Shown: piece by piece, positions 51,895-64,000 of the stretch | Layout of the letters: the number at the start of each line of letters is the position of its first letter | Numbering within the stretch: position 1 is the first letter of the stretch | Assembly: GCF_039654945.1 (NCBI RefSeq) | Contig: NW_027361808.1 | Coordinates: 15,252,001-15,316,000, forward strand | Direction of reading: 5' to 3' | Length of the DNA stretch: 64,000 bases | From: Dendrobates tinctorius | Taxonomy: Eukaryota | Made by a program: the position numbers and the translations under genes | The notes under the pieces: model-generated | The model's database searches: none | The model's input: the letters and a program-made list of their open reading frames with translations, nothing else | What the model was told of the DNA's origin: nothing

Positions 51895-53996
51895 TATCAG
51901 CGTACTCAGGACAAATTGGACAGCAACTTTTGGGGTCCAATTTCTCCTGTTACCCTTGGTAAAATAAAAAAAATTGGGGACTAAAAGATCATGTTTGTGG
52001 AAAAAATATGATTTTTTTATTTTAACGCCCGGGCGTTATAAAGTTCTGTGAAACACTTGGGGGTTCAAAGTGCTGACCACACATCTAGATAAGTTCCTTG
52101 GGGGGTTTCGTTTCCAAAATGAGGTCATTTGAGGGGGGTTTCCACTGTTTTGGCACATCAGGAGCTCTCCAAAGGCAACCTGACACCCGCAGACCATTCC
52201 ATCAAAGTCTGCATTCCAAAACGTCACTACTTCCCTTTCGAGCCCCGACGTGTGCCCATACAATAGTTTTCTCCCACATATGGGATATCAGCGAACTCAG
52301 GAAAAATTGGACAACAACTTTTGGGGTCCAATTTCTCCTGTTATCCTTGGTAAAATAAAAAAAATTGGGGACTAAAAGATCATGTTTGTGGAAAAAATAT
52401 GATACTTTTATTTTCATGCCCGGGCGTCATGAACTTCTGGGGGTTCAAAGTGCTCACCACACATCTAGACAAGTTTGTTTGGGGTCTAGTTTCCAAAATG
52501 GGGTCATTTGTGGGGGATTTCCACTGTTTTGGCACATCAGGTGCTTTCCAAATGCAGCATGGCGTCCGATCTCAATTCCAGCCAAAACGGTCAATTGGCG
52601 CTGCTTCCCTTCTGAGCTCTGCCATGTGCCCAAATAGTTGTTTACCCCCACATATGGGGTATCAGCGTACTCAGGACAAATCGCACAATAACTTTTGGGG
52701 TCCTGTTACCCTTGGGAAAATAAAAATTGGGGGTGAAATGGTAATTTTTGTGGAAAATATTAATTATACGGCTGTACGTTATAAACTTCTGTGAAGCCCT
52801 TGGGGGTTCAAAGTTCTCACCACATTTCTAGATAAGTTCCTTGGGGGGTCTAGTTTCCAAAATGTGGTCACTTGTGAGGAGTTTCCACTGTTTAGGCACA
52901 TCAGGGGCACTCCAAACTTGACATGGAGCCCAATCTCAATTCCAGCCAATTTTGCATTGAAAAAGTCAAACGGCGCTCGTTCCCTTCCGAGCTCTTCCAT
53001 GCGCCGAAACAGTGGTTTCCCCCCCACATGTCAGGTATCAGCGTACTCAGGACAAATTGCACAATAACTTTTGCTGTCCAATTTCTCCTGTTACCATTGG
53101 TAAAATTAAAAAAATTGGACCTGAAATAATTTTTTTTGTGGAAAAAAGTTAAATGTTAATTTTTTAAACATTCAAAAAATTCCTGTGAAGCACCTGAAGG
53201 GTTAATAAACTTCTTGAATGTGTTTTTGAGCACCTTGAGGGGTGCAGTTTTTAGAATGGTGTCACTTTTGGGCATTTTCTATCATAGAGACCCCTCAAAG
53301 TGACTTCAAATGTGATCTGGTCCCTAAAAATAAAATGGTGTTGTAAAAATGAGAAATTGCTGGTCAAAGTTTACCCCTTCTGACTTCCTAACAAAAAAAA
53401 TTTTGGTTCCCAAATTGTGCTGATGTAAAGTAAACATGTGGGAAATGTTACTTAAGTTTTTTGTGTGCCATATCTCTGTGATTTAAGGGCATACAAATTC
53501 AAATTTGAAAAATTGCAAAATTTTCAAAATTTGTGCCAAATTTCCATTTTTTTCACAAATAAAAGCAAGTTATTTGAATGAAATTTTACCACTAACACGA
53601 AGTACAATATGTCACAAGAAAACAATGTTAGAATCACCAGGATCCATGGAAGCGTTCCAGAGTTATTACCTCATAAAGGGACAGTGGTCAGAATTGTATA
53701 AATAGGCCCGGGCATTAACATGCAAACCACCCTTGGGAGTAAAGGGGTTAATATTAGCCCAAATCTAAATGGTAAAATAGCTTGCTAGATTTTACCATTA
53801 ATTTAACCTTTTCATAGTTGTTTACAACATAAACCAGAAGTATACCTTGCTAACAATGTATAAAAAATCCTTAATAAAATGCTTTAGTTCAAAATGGTAT
53901 ACAAAAAGGTAAACATACAGATGTAAACACTGGCTACTGGAAACAACCCAGAAAGTGCCTTAGTGCATCGTTTCATCGTTTTTAAGAAATCTAAAT

Positions 53997-54959
53997 ATGG
54001 AAGAGGCCAGGAGCCATTTGGTGAGCTGCACTTCTTGCTACATGTTCACAGACTTACCGGTGGAAAAGCCAAACTTCACATGCCACAAATGCAAGCTTGT
54101 GTCCCTGTTGGAGGAAAAGTTGCAAAATCTCGAAGAGAGGTTAGCTACGTTGAAGATCATTAAGGAAGGTGAAGAGTTCTTAGACAGAGCAGAATTATCT
54201 CTTCATGTTACAGAAAGAGAAGAAATTCGAAGTGCACCTGAAGAAACAGAGGAATGGAGACATGTGACCCAGAGAAGCAGGAGGATCAGAAGGCAGTCAG
54301 CACCCATACTTCTCAGGAACCAGTACCAGGCTCTCACACAGGAAACCAATGAAGAAATACATCAGGATAAGACTTTGTCTACAAACAGCAACCTTGTACG
54401 CCTTCAGAGTCCTCCTGGATGGAGAAAGAAAAACGTTGTGAAGAAGAAACGGAGAGTGGTGGTCATGGGGGATTCCCTGTTGAGAGGAACAGAGGCCGCT
54501 ATCTGCAGACCGGATATAACTTCAAGAGAAATGTGCTGTCTTCCAGGTGCAAAAATTAAAGATGTGTCTGACAGGATATCAGGACTCTTCAGACCTACAG
54601 ATGACTACCCATTCCTGCTACTACATGTGGGGACAAATGACACCGCAAGAAACGACCTGGAAACCATCTGCAGAGACTTTGAAGACTTAGGCAAGAAAGT
54701 GAAAGAACTGGGAGCGCAGGTGGTCTTCTCTTCCATCCTCCCAGTGGATGGCCATGGAACAAAGAGGTGGAATAAGATTCTGCAGGTGAACAACTGGCTA
54801 CGTCGATGGTGCCATCAGCAACGATTTGGATTTATGGATCACTGAGTGAATTACCTTTACGATGGACTACTTGCTAGAGATGGGGTGCACCTTACGAAGA
54901 CTGGAAAACATGTATTTGGAAGTCGCCTTGCTACACTTGTAAGGAGAACTTTAAACTAG
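53997..54959 (+). pseudogene. CR1 ORF1 (zinc finger, coiled coil, SGNH esterase), one premature TGA at 54843-54845
   Basis: CTSC..CHKC, LLEEKLQNLEERL, GDSLLRG, HVGTND, and after the stop LARDGVHL...RTLN* ending at TAG 54957-54959. Confidence 0.88.
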
Positions 54960-55019
54960 AACAACTTGGGAAGGGAAGCAAAAAACCAGAAAAAGCCATA
55001 CAACTGACAAATGCTATTG

Positions 55020-56270
55020 GTCAAACAATCAGTAGATTTGGTTTCCAGTACCATCTCTATGCTGATGACACCCAATTATACGCTTCTTCTCCTGACATCA
55101 CGCCAGCCTTTCTAGAAAACACTGGCGATTGTCTAAACGCTGTGTCTAATATCATGTCCTCACTATATCTGAAACTGAACCTATCAAAGACTGAACTCCT
55201 TGTGTTTCCTCCCGCTACTAATGTACCTACACCCGACATTGCCATTTCCGTCTGTGGTTCCACTATTACTCCCCAGCAACATGCCCGCTGTCTTGGGGTC
55301 ATACTTGATTCCGAGCTTTCCTTTGCCCCCCACATTCGATCACTGGCTCGCTCTTGTCATCTGCACCTCAAAAACATTTCTAGAATTCGACCTTTTCTTA
55401 CTTTTGACTCTGCAAAAACTCTTACTGTTTCTCTTATTCATTCTCGTCTCGACTATTGTAACTCTCTTCTAATCGGTCTCCCTCTTACAAAACTCTCCCC
55501 TCTCCAATCTGTCTTGAATGCTGCAGCCAGGATCATATTCCTCACCAATCGTTACACCGATGCCTCTACCTTGTGCCAGTCATTACACTGGCTACCCATC
55601 CACTCCAGAATTCAGTATAAACTTATTACCCTCACCCACAAAGCCCTCCATGGCTCAGCACCACCCTACATCTCCTCCCTTGTTTCAGTATACCACCCTA
55701 CCCGCGCCCTCCGTTCTGCTGATGACCTGAGGTTAGTATCCTCAATAGTCAGAACCTCCCACTCCCGTCTCCAAGACTTTACACGTGCCGCGCCAATTCT
55801 TTGGAATGCACTTCCCAGGTCAATACGATTAGTCCCCAGTCCCCACAATTTTAAGCGTGTCCTGAAAACGCATTTATTCAGACTGGCCTATCGCCTCAAC
55901 ACATTAACCTAACCTATCCCTGTGTGGCAGAGCCACAAATTTTACCATAACCAGGTTCCCAGCATCATGTTCCCACATGCTTTATGCATCCATTAGCCCT
56001 CTGTGTCTGTACTGTTACACACTTAACATTATGGCTGGTCCATACAATCAGGGCAACTGTTACCACCCACCTTTCGTGTCTACCTCTTTCCTCATAGACT
56101 GTAAGCTTGCGAGCAGGGCCCTCACTCCTCTTGGTATTTGTTATAATCTACTGTATGTGATTATTGTTATGCTGTAATGTCTATTGTCTGTACAAATCCC
56201 CTCTGAAATGTAAAGTGCTGCGGAATATGTCGGCGCTATAAAAATAAAATTTATTATTATTATTATTATT
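55020..56270 (+). mobile_element. 5'-truncated L2 LINE inserted into the start of CR1 ORF2
   Basis: YHLYADDTQ, LKLNLSKTE, SRLDYCNSLL, LHWLPI, WNALP; (ATT)n tail; TATTG at both junctions (55015-55019 and 56267-56271). Confidence 0.9.
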
Positions 56271-56271
56271 G

Positions 56272-59120
56272 AGAACTCTGCTATTAGAAGTGGAAAGGAA
56301 GAACAAAGACAAAAGAATCTAATTAATAAAAATATTGGAGAAAGAGAAATCAATCACAAACTAAAATGTTTCTATACTAATGCACAAAGCATGGGCAACA
56401 AACAAGGAGAATTGGAACTACTAACACAGGAAAAGAAATATGATGTCATTGGAATCACTGAAACTTGGTGGGACAATACACATGATTGGAATACAAGACT
56501 AGAAGGATACAACTTATTTGCAAGAAACAGACTTGATAAACGAGGAGGAAGTGTTGCATTGTGTGTTAGAAACGCGTGTATCTGCACAGAGATCCAAGCT
56601 TCAGAGACTGGGAGTTCTGTGGAAACTGTTTGGGTAAGAATACAAGGACAGAACAATGGAAAGGACACCATTGTAGGCATTTACTACAGGCCGCCTGTGC
56701 AAGCTGAAGATATGGATGAACTCTTTATGCATCAAATGGCCAAGTTCTCCAAAAAATATGACATAGTTGTCATGGGAGATTTCAACTATTCAGACATTTG
56801 TTGGGAATCTCTCTCAGGCAAAACTAACAGGTCAAGGAAATTCTTATCCTCTCTTGCTGACAACTTTATCTTCCAAAAGGTAGGGGAGAAAACAAGGGGA
56901 ACTGCTACCTTGGATCTAATCCTTATAAACAGGGAGGAAATGGTTGAGGAGGTAAAAATGGCTGGGACCCTAGGAGGTAGCGACCATGATATTTTAGAAT
57001 TTTGAATAACTAGAGGAGGAAGACCTGTGAAGACTCAGACGTCAAGGTTAGATTTCAGAAAGGCAGATTTTAAGGGATTCAGAAAGAGAATTGGAGGGAT
57101 CCAATGGCTGGATATCCTTAAAGACAAAAATGTCCAGGAAGGATGGGAAATCTTGAAAAATGAAATTCTCAAAGCACAATTGTTAACAATTCCGAAAAGA
57201 GGGAAGAATAGGAAGCATTTAAGGAAGCCAGGATGGATGAACACAGAACTTAAGCACATGCTAAAAAGGAAGAAAAAAATGTTTATAAAATGGAAAGAGG
57301 GAGGCATATCTAAAGAAGAATATAATGCTGTCTGCAGAACCTGCAGGGCAAAAATCAGATTAGCTAAAGCTGACAATGAATTGAGGCTTGCAAGAGATGT
57401 CAAAAGCAATAATAAAGGATTTGGGGGATATGTCAAAAGTAAAAGAAAAGTCAAAGATGCTATAGGATTTTTACAGGATGAAAATGATGAAATGGTAAGA
57501 CAGGATGTTGAGAAGGCCGAACTTTTAAATTCCTATTTTCCATCTGTTTTCTCTCAGAAAGGAAATGTAACATCAACCGTTCTTCACTGTCCTATTAAGG
57601 GAATAGAAGAATCCAGGATATCTATAAACAGAAAGATAGTGAGGAAACACTTAGCTAACCTAAATGAATTCAAGTCTCCAGGTCCAGATGAATTACACCC
57701 CAGAGTTCTGAAGGAGATAGCAGAAGAAATTTTTGAACCCCTCTCCATAATCTTTGAAAATTCTTGGAGAACAGGAGAAGTCCCAGAAGACTGGAGAAGA
57801 GCAAATGTTGTTCCTATCTTCAAAAAGGGGAAGAAGGTGGACCCAGGCAACTATAGGCCGGTGAGTCTGACTTCTATACCAGGAAAGATCTTTGAACAAA
57901 TTATTAAACAACATGTATGTCAGTACCTGGATAAGAATGAAGTGATTAAACAGAGTCAGCATGGGTTTGTAACTAATAAGTCATGTCAGACTAACTTAAT
58001 TTCCTTCTATGACGGAATCACTGATTTGGTGGATCAAGGAAATGCTGTAGATATAGTATATCTTGACTTCAGCAAAGCATTTGACAAAGTATCTCATAAA
58101 ATCCTTATTGAAAAAATGACTAAGTATGGAATGGACAAGGCAACTGTTAGGTGGATTCATAACTGGCTTAGTGATCGGACCCAAAGAGTGGTCGTAAATG
58201 GCTGCACATCCAGTTGGAAGAATGTCTCAAGTGGGGTACCACAGGGCTCTGTCCTGGGCCCTGTATTGTTCAACATCTTTATCAACGATTTAGATAAAGG
58301 AATTGAGGGTAAACTGATTAAATTTGCTGATGACACAAAGCTAGGAGGGATAGCTAATACTAGAGAAGAGAGAGAGGATTCAAAAAGATATAAATAAACT
58401 GGAGAAGTGGGCAGCAACTAACAGAATGGTTTTTAACAGGGAAAAATGCAAAGTACTACATCTGGGCAATAAAAATGAAAAAAGCATATACAGAATTGGA
58501 GGAATAGGGCTAAGTGACAGCACATGTGAAAAAGACTTGGGTATACTAATAGATCACAGACTGAATATGAGTCAACAGTGTGATGCAGCAGCAAAAAAGG
58601 CAAATGCAATTCTAGGATGTATTAACAGAAGCATACAGTCTAGATCACGCTAAGTCATTATTTCCTTCTACTCCTCTTTGGTCAGACCTCATCTGGAATA
58701 TTGTGTCCAGTTTTGGGCACCACATTTTAAAAAAGACATCAACAAACTGGAGCAAGTTCAGAAAAGAGCGACCAGAATGGTGACTGGTCTGCAAACCCTG
58801 TCTTATGAGGAAAGGTTGCAGGATTTGGGAATGTTTAGTTTGCAAAAGAGAAGACTGAGAGGAGACTTAATAGCTGTCTACAAATATTTAAAGGGCTGTC
58901 ACATTGTAGAAGGATCAACTTTATTCTCATTTGCACAAGGAAAGACTAGAAGCAATGGGATGAAACTGAATGGGAGGAGACACAGATTAGATATTAGAAA
59001 AAACTTTTTGACAGAGTGATGCATGAGTGGAACAAGCTGCCATGAGAAGTGGTGAGTTCTCCTTCAATGGAAGTCTTCAAACAGAGGCTGGACAGACATC
59101 TGACTGGGATGATTTAGCGA
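56272..59120 (+). pseudogene. CR1 ORF2 (APE endonuclease + reverse transcriptase) with a few stops and frameshifts
   Basis: [69 protein letters not shown]. Confidence 0.92.
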
Positions 59121-59354
59121 ATCCTGCTTTGAGCAGGGGGTTGGACGAGATGACCCAGGAGGTCCCTTCCAACTCTACGATTCTATGATTCTAAACAATG
59201 TTGCAGGTTTAAATAAGCATAATACCAAAAGAAGAAAGGTGCATATAGTTTTGTTTACCTTAGCAGGGAGTCAAACAGCCCTGTCTCCGACCAAAATGCG
59301 CGATTCGACATTGTCTTCTTCCGCTGATGCACGATTGCGGTGATTGCCTCAAAA

Positions 59355-59597
59355 GGTTGTGCAGCAAAATGTTAAGTTAAGAGTGCTATCATTTCTGTCC
59401 AGGCCTATTTCATGAGTTTTTATTTTTTTTTTTCAATTCTGTGGAAGCATGGTTGAAAAGCAATGTCTGACTTTCATTTGTTCATTTTCAGAGATTTTTT
59501 ATTTATTATTACTTTTGTCAGATTCAAGTTATTTCTGTCATCATTGTGGGTTTTTCTGTCATTAAATGAGGGGTACCAACAATTTGGACCATGTGTG
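59355..59597. mobile_element. Terminal fragment of a Tc1-like element
   Basis: Ends GGGTACCAACAATTTGGACCATGTGTG followed by TA, a Tc1-type terminus. Confidence 0.45.
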
Positions 59598-60491
59598 TAT
59601 ATTGTAAGTAAACACACAGCCAGAAAAAGTCCTTTAATTGAAACAATGAGACAGTGTTTTTTAATGATTCTAAATTAAACCATACTCACGTCATCACCCA
59701 TTCCATTGAATCCCTCATCTCCTGTAATAAAACAAAAATAAATAATAATATCCCTCACCTCTCCATTGTTCTGTCCCACACCATAATCCATGTCTAGGGA
59801 TAAATAGCTTTCAACTTGGATGGTGCCAAGATGCGACCGTCCAGGCTGAGAACCACTCAGGATTGAGCTGCTGCTAGCGCAGCGTCAATGAGCAGCAGTG
59901 ACGTCATCGAGGTTACCGCAGGTCACTGAGGCTGCCTTCATCACCCCCCCTTTCTACAGAGTCTATCATCCCCTCCTTTTCCACAAAGCCCATCACCACC
60001 CCTTTTCCACACAGCCCGTCATCGTCCCCCTTCTTTGCACAGCCCCTCATCATCCCCCTTGTTTGTACAGCCCTTCAACATCTCCCCTTCTCCACACAGC
60101 CCCTCATCGCCTTCCCTAGGAAGTCCCACTCAAGTTACATCAACCTTTTCCAAAATACATCCTCAGAACATTCACACTGAGACCTGGGTCCTCATTACCA
60201 TCTCTACACGGGTCCATTGTGCAGCCCCTCAGTCCTCTTATCACACGGCTCCATAGTGCATCTTCCTCAGTCCTCTCCTCACAGGGCTCCATGGTGCAGA
60301 TCCTCATTTCCCTCCTCTTGACTCCAGCAGCCTGAGCACAGTGCTGCTTACTGCTATCGGGTCTTCACTGGAATGAAGGAGGCCCCGTCCCTTCTGGTGA
60401 CATCATTCCCTCAAAAACTCAACTCCGTTGTAGATGCTACCATGCTGTGTGTGTGAAGTCTCAGTGTGTGATTGTGCTGACTTTGCTAAGC

Positions 60492-60743
60492 GTGCGTTAT
60501 TCCATACCCGGTGCCGGCGGGTCATCTGCACTGCTCAGCAACAAGTGATGTGAACTGAGTGCTTTCTCATCACCTGCTGCTGCTGGCTTCTATTGAATTC
60601 ATTGACCACTCCGCAGCTGAGAGAGTGGTGAGCGCAATGAGATCAATAGAGGCAGCAGCAGGTGATGAGAAAGCGCTCACTTCACATCACTTGTTGCTGA
60701 GCAGTGCAGACGGCCTGACGGCACTGGGTATAGAATAACGCAC
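60492..60743. repeat. About 250-bp hairpin (MITE-like)
   Basis: Arms such as TCTGCACTGCTCAGCAACAAGTGATGTGAA and TTCACATCACTTGTTGCTGAGCAGTGCAGA. Confidence 0.75.
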
Positions 60744-61211
60744 TCATCACTCTGTGCGCGCTATTGGAATACAGGACAGAGCAGGCACAAATGTGAAGGA
60801 GGCAGGAGTTGTGGTGCTCCGATTTCCCAGTGGGCCAGTCCGACCCTGTAAGTAATATGTTTAAAATGCTGTGGAAATATATTGTCCTAGATAAACAATA
60901 TGAAACATATCAAATTACTGTATGTGAAGGCTTTGTCTACAAATTTATTTCAGGGTTTGCATGCTATTTCAAACAAAAATATGAAGTCTTTATTGATCTT
61001 AAAAACACACAAAACAATAAATTGAAAGAGGCAAATATAATTAAGGATAATAAACAATGATTAGCATATATCTGTACAACTCTGGCAGGCGCTATATCCT
61101 CATTCCTGATTGCTGTTTTAAAACAGCTATGAGGAAAAAAGGCACCTTAGCGGTAACCTTTTTAGTCTATATCGGCATTTGTTAAGGGGTTAAACATTTG
61201 CTGATAGTATA

Positions 61212-62535
61212 CAGTTGTGTGAAAAAGTGTTTGCCCCTTCCTGATTTCCTATTGCTTTGCATTTTCGGCACACTTAAATGTTTCAGATCACCAAACAGAT
61301 GTAAATATTAGACAAATATAATACAAGTAAGCACAATATACAGTTTTTTAAATAAAGGTCTTTATTATTAAGGGAAAAGGAGATCCAAACCTACAGGTCC
61401 TAGTTTGAAAAACTGATTGCCCCACCCCCGCTTTAAAGCATAAGTGAACTGGTTTATTACATGTTTGGAAGCCAAGTTTAAATTCCCTAGCCACACCCAG
61501 GCCAGATTATTGTCACACTTTTTCTCAATCAAGAAATGATTTAAATAGGACCTACCTGACAAAGTGAAATCGACATCATGCTGCGATCCAAAGAAATTTG
61601 GAGACAAGTGAGAAACAAAGTAAATGAGATCTATCAGTCTGGAAAAAGTTATAAAGCCATTTATAAAGCTTTAGGACTCCAGCGAACCACAGTGAAAACC
61701 ATTATCCACATTGGTGAAAACAGGGAGCAGTGGTGAACCTTCCCAGGAGTGGATGACCGACCAAAATTACTCAAAGAGTTCAATAACTACTCATCCAAGA
61801 GGTCACAAAAGACCCCACAACAACATCCAAAGAACTGCAGGCCTCACTTGTCTCTGTTAAGGTCAGTGTTCATGACACTGCCATAAGAGACTGGGTAAAA
61901 ATAGCCTGCATGGCAGAGTTTTAAGATGAAAACCACTGCTGAGCAAGAAGAACATAAGGCTCATCTCAGGTTTGCCGAAAAACATTTTGATGATCACCAA
62001 GACTTTTGGGAGAATACTCTGTAGACTGACAAGACAAAAGTTGAGCTGCTTGAAAGGTGTATGTTCCATTACATTGAATTCTGCTGTCTACTAAAAAATC
62101 CTGAAGAAGAATGTCCGACCATCTGTTTGTGACCTTAAGCTGAAGCACACTTGGGTTATGCAGAAGGAAAGTGATCCAAAACACACCATCAAGTCCACCT
62201 CTGAATGGCTTCGTAAAAACAAAAATTAAGACTTTAAAGTGGCTTTGTCAAAGTCCTTACCTTAATCTGATTGAGATTCTATGCCATGACCTTAGAAGGC
62301 AAATCATGCTCAGAAAACCTCCATTGTGGCTGAATTACAGCAATTCTGCAAAGGGGTTCAAAATTCTGCAGTTGCTACTAAGGGTAGCCCAATCACTTTT
62401 TCACACAGGACCCTGTAGGTTTGGATTCCTTTGTCTAACATTTAGATTTGTTTGGCAATCTGAAACATTTAAGCATGACAAACATGCAAAAGTATAGGAA
62501 ATCAGGAAGGGGGCAAACAGTTTTTCACACAACTG
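61212..62535 (+). mobile_element. Tc1 transposon, decayed (same family as 28599-29997)
   Basis: TA TSD; TIR CAGTTGTGTGAAAAA; transposase remnants. Confidence 0.85.
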
Positions 62536-62551
62536 TACATAATTGCTGGTA

Positions 62552-62555
<4 letters not shown>

Positions 62556-62602
<47 letters not shown>
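62556..62602. repeat. (TA)n microsatellite
   Basis: About 23 TA units directly abutting the next Tc1. Confidence 0.95.
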
Positions 62603-62605
<3 letters not shown>

Positions 62606-63876
62606 TTAAGCCCAGAAATATTTGGACAGTGACTAAATCTTTGTGATTTGCGTTCTGCATGCCAATATTTTGGATTTAAAATTAAACAACTAAGATGCAA
62701 TTGAAGTGTAGACGTTCAGGGTTTAATTAAAAGGTTTGAACAAAAATATCCAGTGAAACATTTAGGAATTGCAACCATTTTTCTACAAAGCCTCCTCATT
62801 TCAGGAGCTCAGAAGTAATTGGACAAATTAACTTTTTTTAATAAATAAAATATTCATTTTTAATACTTTGTAGAGAATCCTTTGAAGGCAATGACTGCCT
62901 GAAGTCTGGAAGCCATGGACGACACCAAACGCTCGGTTTCCTCTTTTGTAATGCTTTGCCAGGCCTTTACTGCAGCTGACTTCAGTTGTTTTTCAGTTTT
63001 TCTGGCATATGTTTTGTCATAAGCAAGTGAAATACTTCAGCATGCTCAATGGGTTTGAGATCTGATGATTGACTCCACCATTGCAGAATATGCTTTGCCT
63101 TAAACTCCTCGGGTGCTTTTGCAGTATGTTTTGGGCCATTGTTCATCTATACTGTGAAGCGTCGACCAATCAATCTTTCTGCATTTGGTTGAATCTGAGC
63201 AGAAAGTATATCCCTGTACACTTGAGAATAGATCCGGCTGTTTCTCTCTTCAGCCACATTATAAAAAAAAAAAAACTAGTAACCCCATGCCATTGGAAGC
63301 CATATATGCCCAGGCCTTCACACTGCTTCCACCATGTTTTACAGAGGATGTGGTGTGCTTCGGATCATGAGCCGTTTCAAGCCTTCTCCATGCGTTCTAC
63401 TTCCCATCATTCTAGTACAGGTTTTTTTTGGCAAAGTCTAGTCTGGCCTTTCTTTTCTTAAGGCCGATTAGTGGTTTGCATCTTGTGGTCAACCTTCTGT
63501 ATTTTCTCTCATGAAGTCTTCTTTTTATGATAGACTTAGATACTGAAATACCTATTTCCTGGAGATTGTTCTTCACTTGGATATTGTGAATGTTTTTTTT
63601 CCATTATGGAAATGATTCTGCAGTTATCTACCACTGTTATCTTCCATTGATGTCCAGTCATTTTTAAGTTGCCAAGTTCACAGTGCGCTCTTTTTTACAC
63701 ACTGTATCAAACTTTTGATTTGGCCACTCCTAACATTTCTGTTATCTCTCTAATGAATTTTTCATTTTTCAGCTTAATAATGGTATGTTCCTCTTTTATT
63801 GAGAGCTCCTTTGACTGCATGTTAAGGTTTCACAGCTCCCAGATGCAAATGCCACAAGTGGAATCAACTGCAGACC
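62603..63876 (-). mobile_element. Tc1 transposon (same family as 32675-35219), decayed, interrupted near the window end
   Basis: TIR CAGTTAAGCCCAGAAATATTTGGACAGTGAC after TA; collinear reverse-complement similarity to 33000-35200. Confidence 0.8.
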
Positions 63877-64000
63877 TAGGGGATAGAGGTTCTGTGGTCT
63901 TCTGCCCTCCGTATTCTGCTGCTGGGGCTTTAGTACCCACACAGCCTCGGGCTCCGGTGCCCGTTCACTGGCGCTCAAGCCTGGGGTGAGCTCAGATGGA

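Larger units (their letters stand above)
47876..53747 (+). mobile_element. Non-autonomous piggyBac element, partner of 6326-11777, with no transposase
   Basis: TTAA TSDs (47872-47875 and 53748-53751); CCCCTTT...AAAGGGG termini; the last about 600 bp are collinear with 11190-11777. Confidence 0.88.
53947..59192 (+). mobile_element. CR1 LINE, near full length (ORF1 + ORF2), interrupted by L2
   Basis: 3' end GGTCCCTTCCAAC...GATTCTATGATTCT; possible TSD AAACAA (53941-53946 and 59193-59198). Confidence 0.9.

Noticed and set aside
53997-54845. Captured host esterase or lipase gene
   Set aside because: An SGNH esterase is the normal ORF1 domain of CR1-clade LINEs.
63877-64000. GC-richer segment interrupting the last Tc1; considered as the next FNDC1 exon
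   Set aside because: No VVDLDRG-like translation or acceptor found; too short to classify.

Overview
Eukaryotic (vertebrate) genomic DNA, almost certainly an anuran amphibian. The repeat families resemble those of neobatrachian frogs such as dendrobatids, but the species is inference only. The window is the middle of one plus-strand gene, FNDC1 (fibronectin type III domain-containing 1). Five phase-compatible coding exons splice into one open frame: 3665-3852, 27644-27751, 35294-35482, a 2,670-nt Ser/Thr-rich exon at 39102-41771, and 45044-45162. The rest is intron filled with deeply nested transposable elements: a Ty3/Gypsy 5' end, an internally deleted LTR element, a near-intact piggyBac and a non-autonomous partner, a decayed hAT, a 5'-truncated L1, a near full-length CR1 interrupted by an L2, a V-SINE, several Tc1 copies, Harbinger-like and Kolobok-like MITEs, a short Helitron, Penelope-like remnants with hammerhead motifs, and a minisatellite. 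No prokaryotic-type system, CRISPR array or novel host gene is supported. The most interesting observations are mechanistic: (1) a 1.6-kb fold-back Tc1 made of two 5' halves that transposed as a unit and would give a 714-bp hairpin RNA; (2) a spliceable, exon-trap-like piggyBac in the sense orientation; (3) a U_UUA_AAC slippery site joining CR1 ORF1 and ORF2; (4) tRNA-independent self-priming signals in the Gypsy element; (5) variant hammerhead cores, all antisense to the gene; (6) a palindromic module shared by a Helitron and a TIR MITE. All coordinates were read by eye and should be verified computationally.
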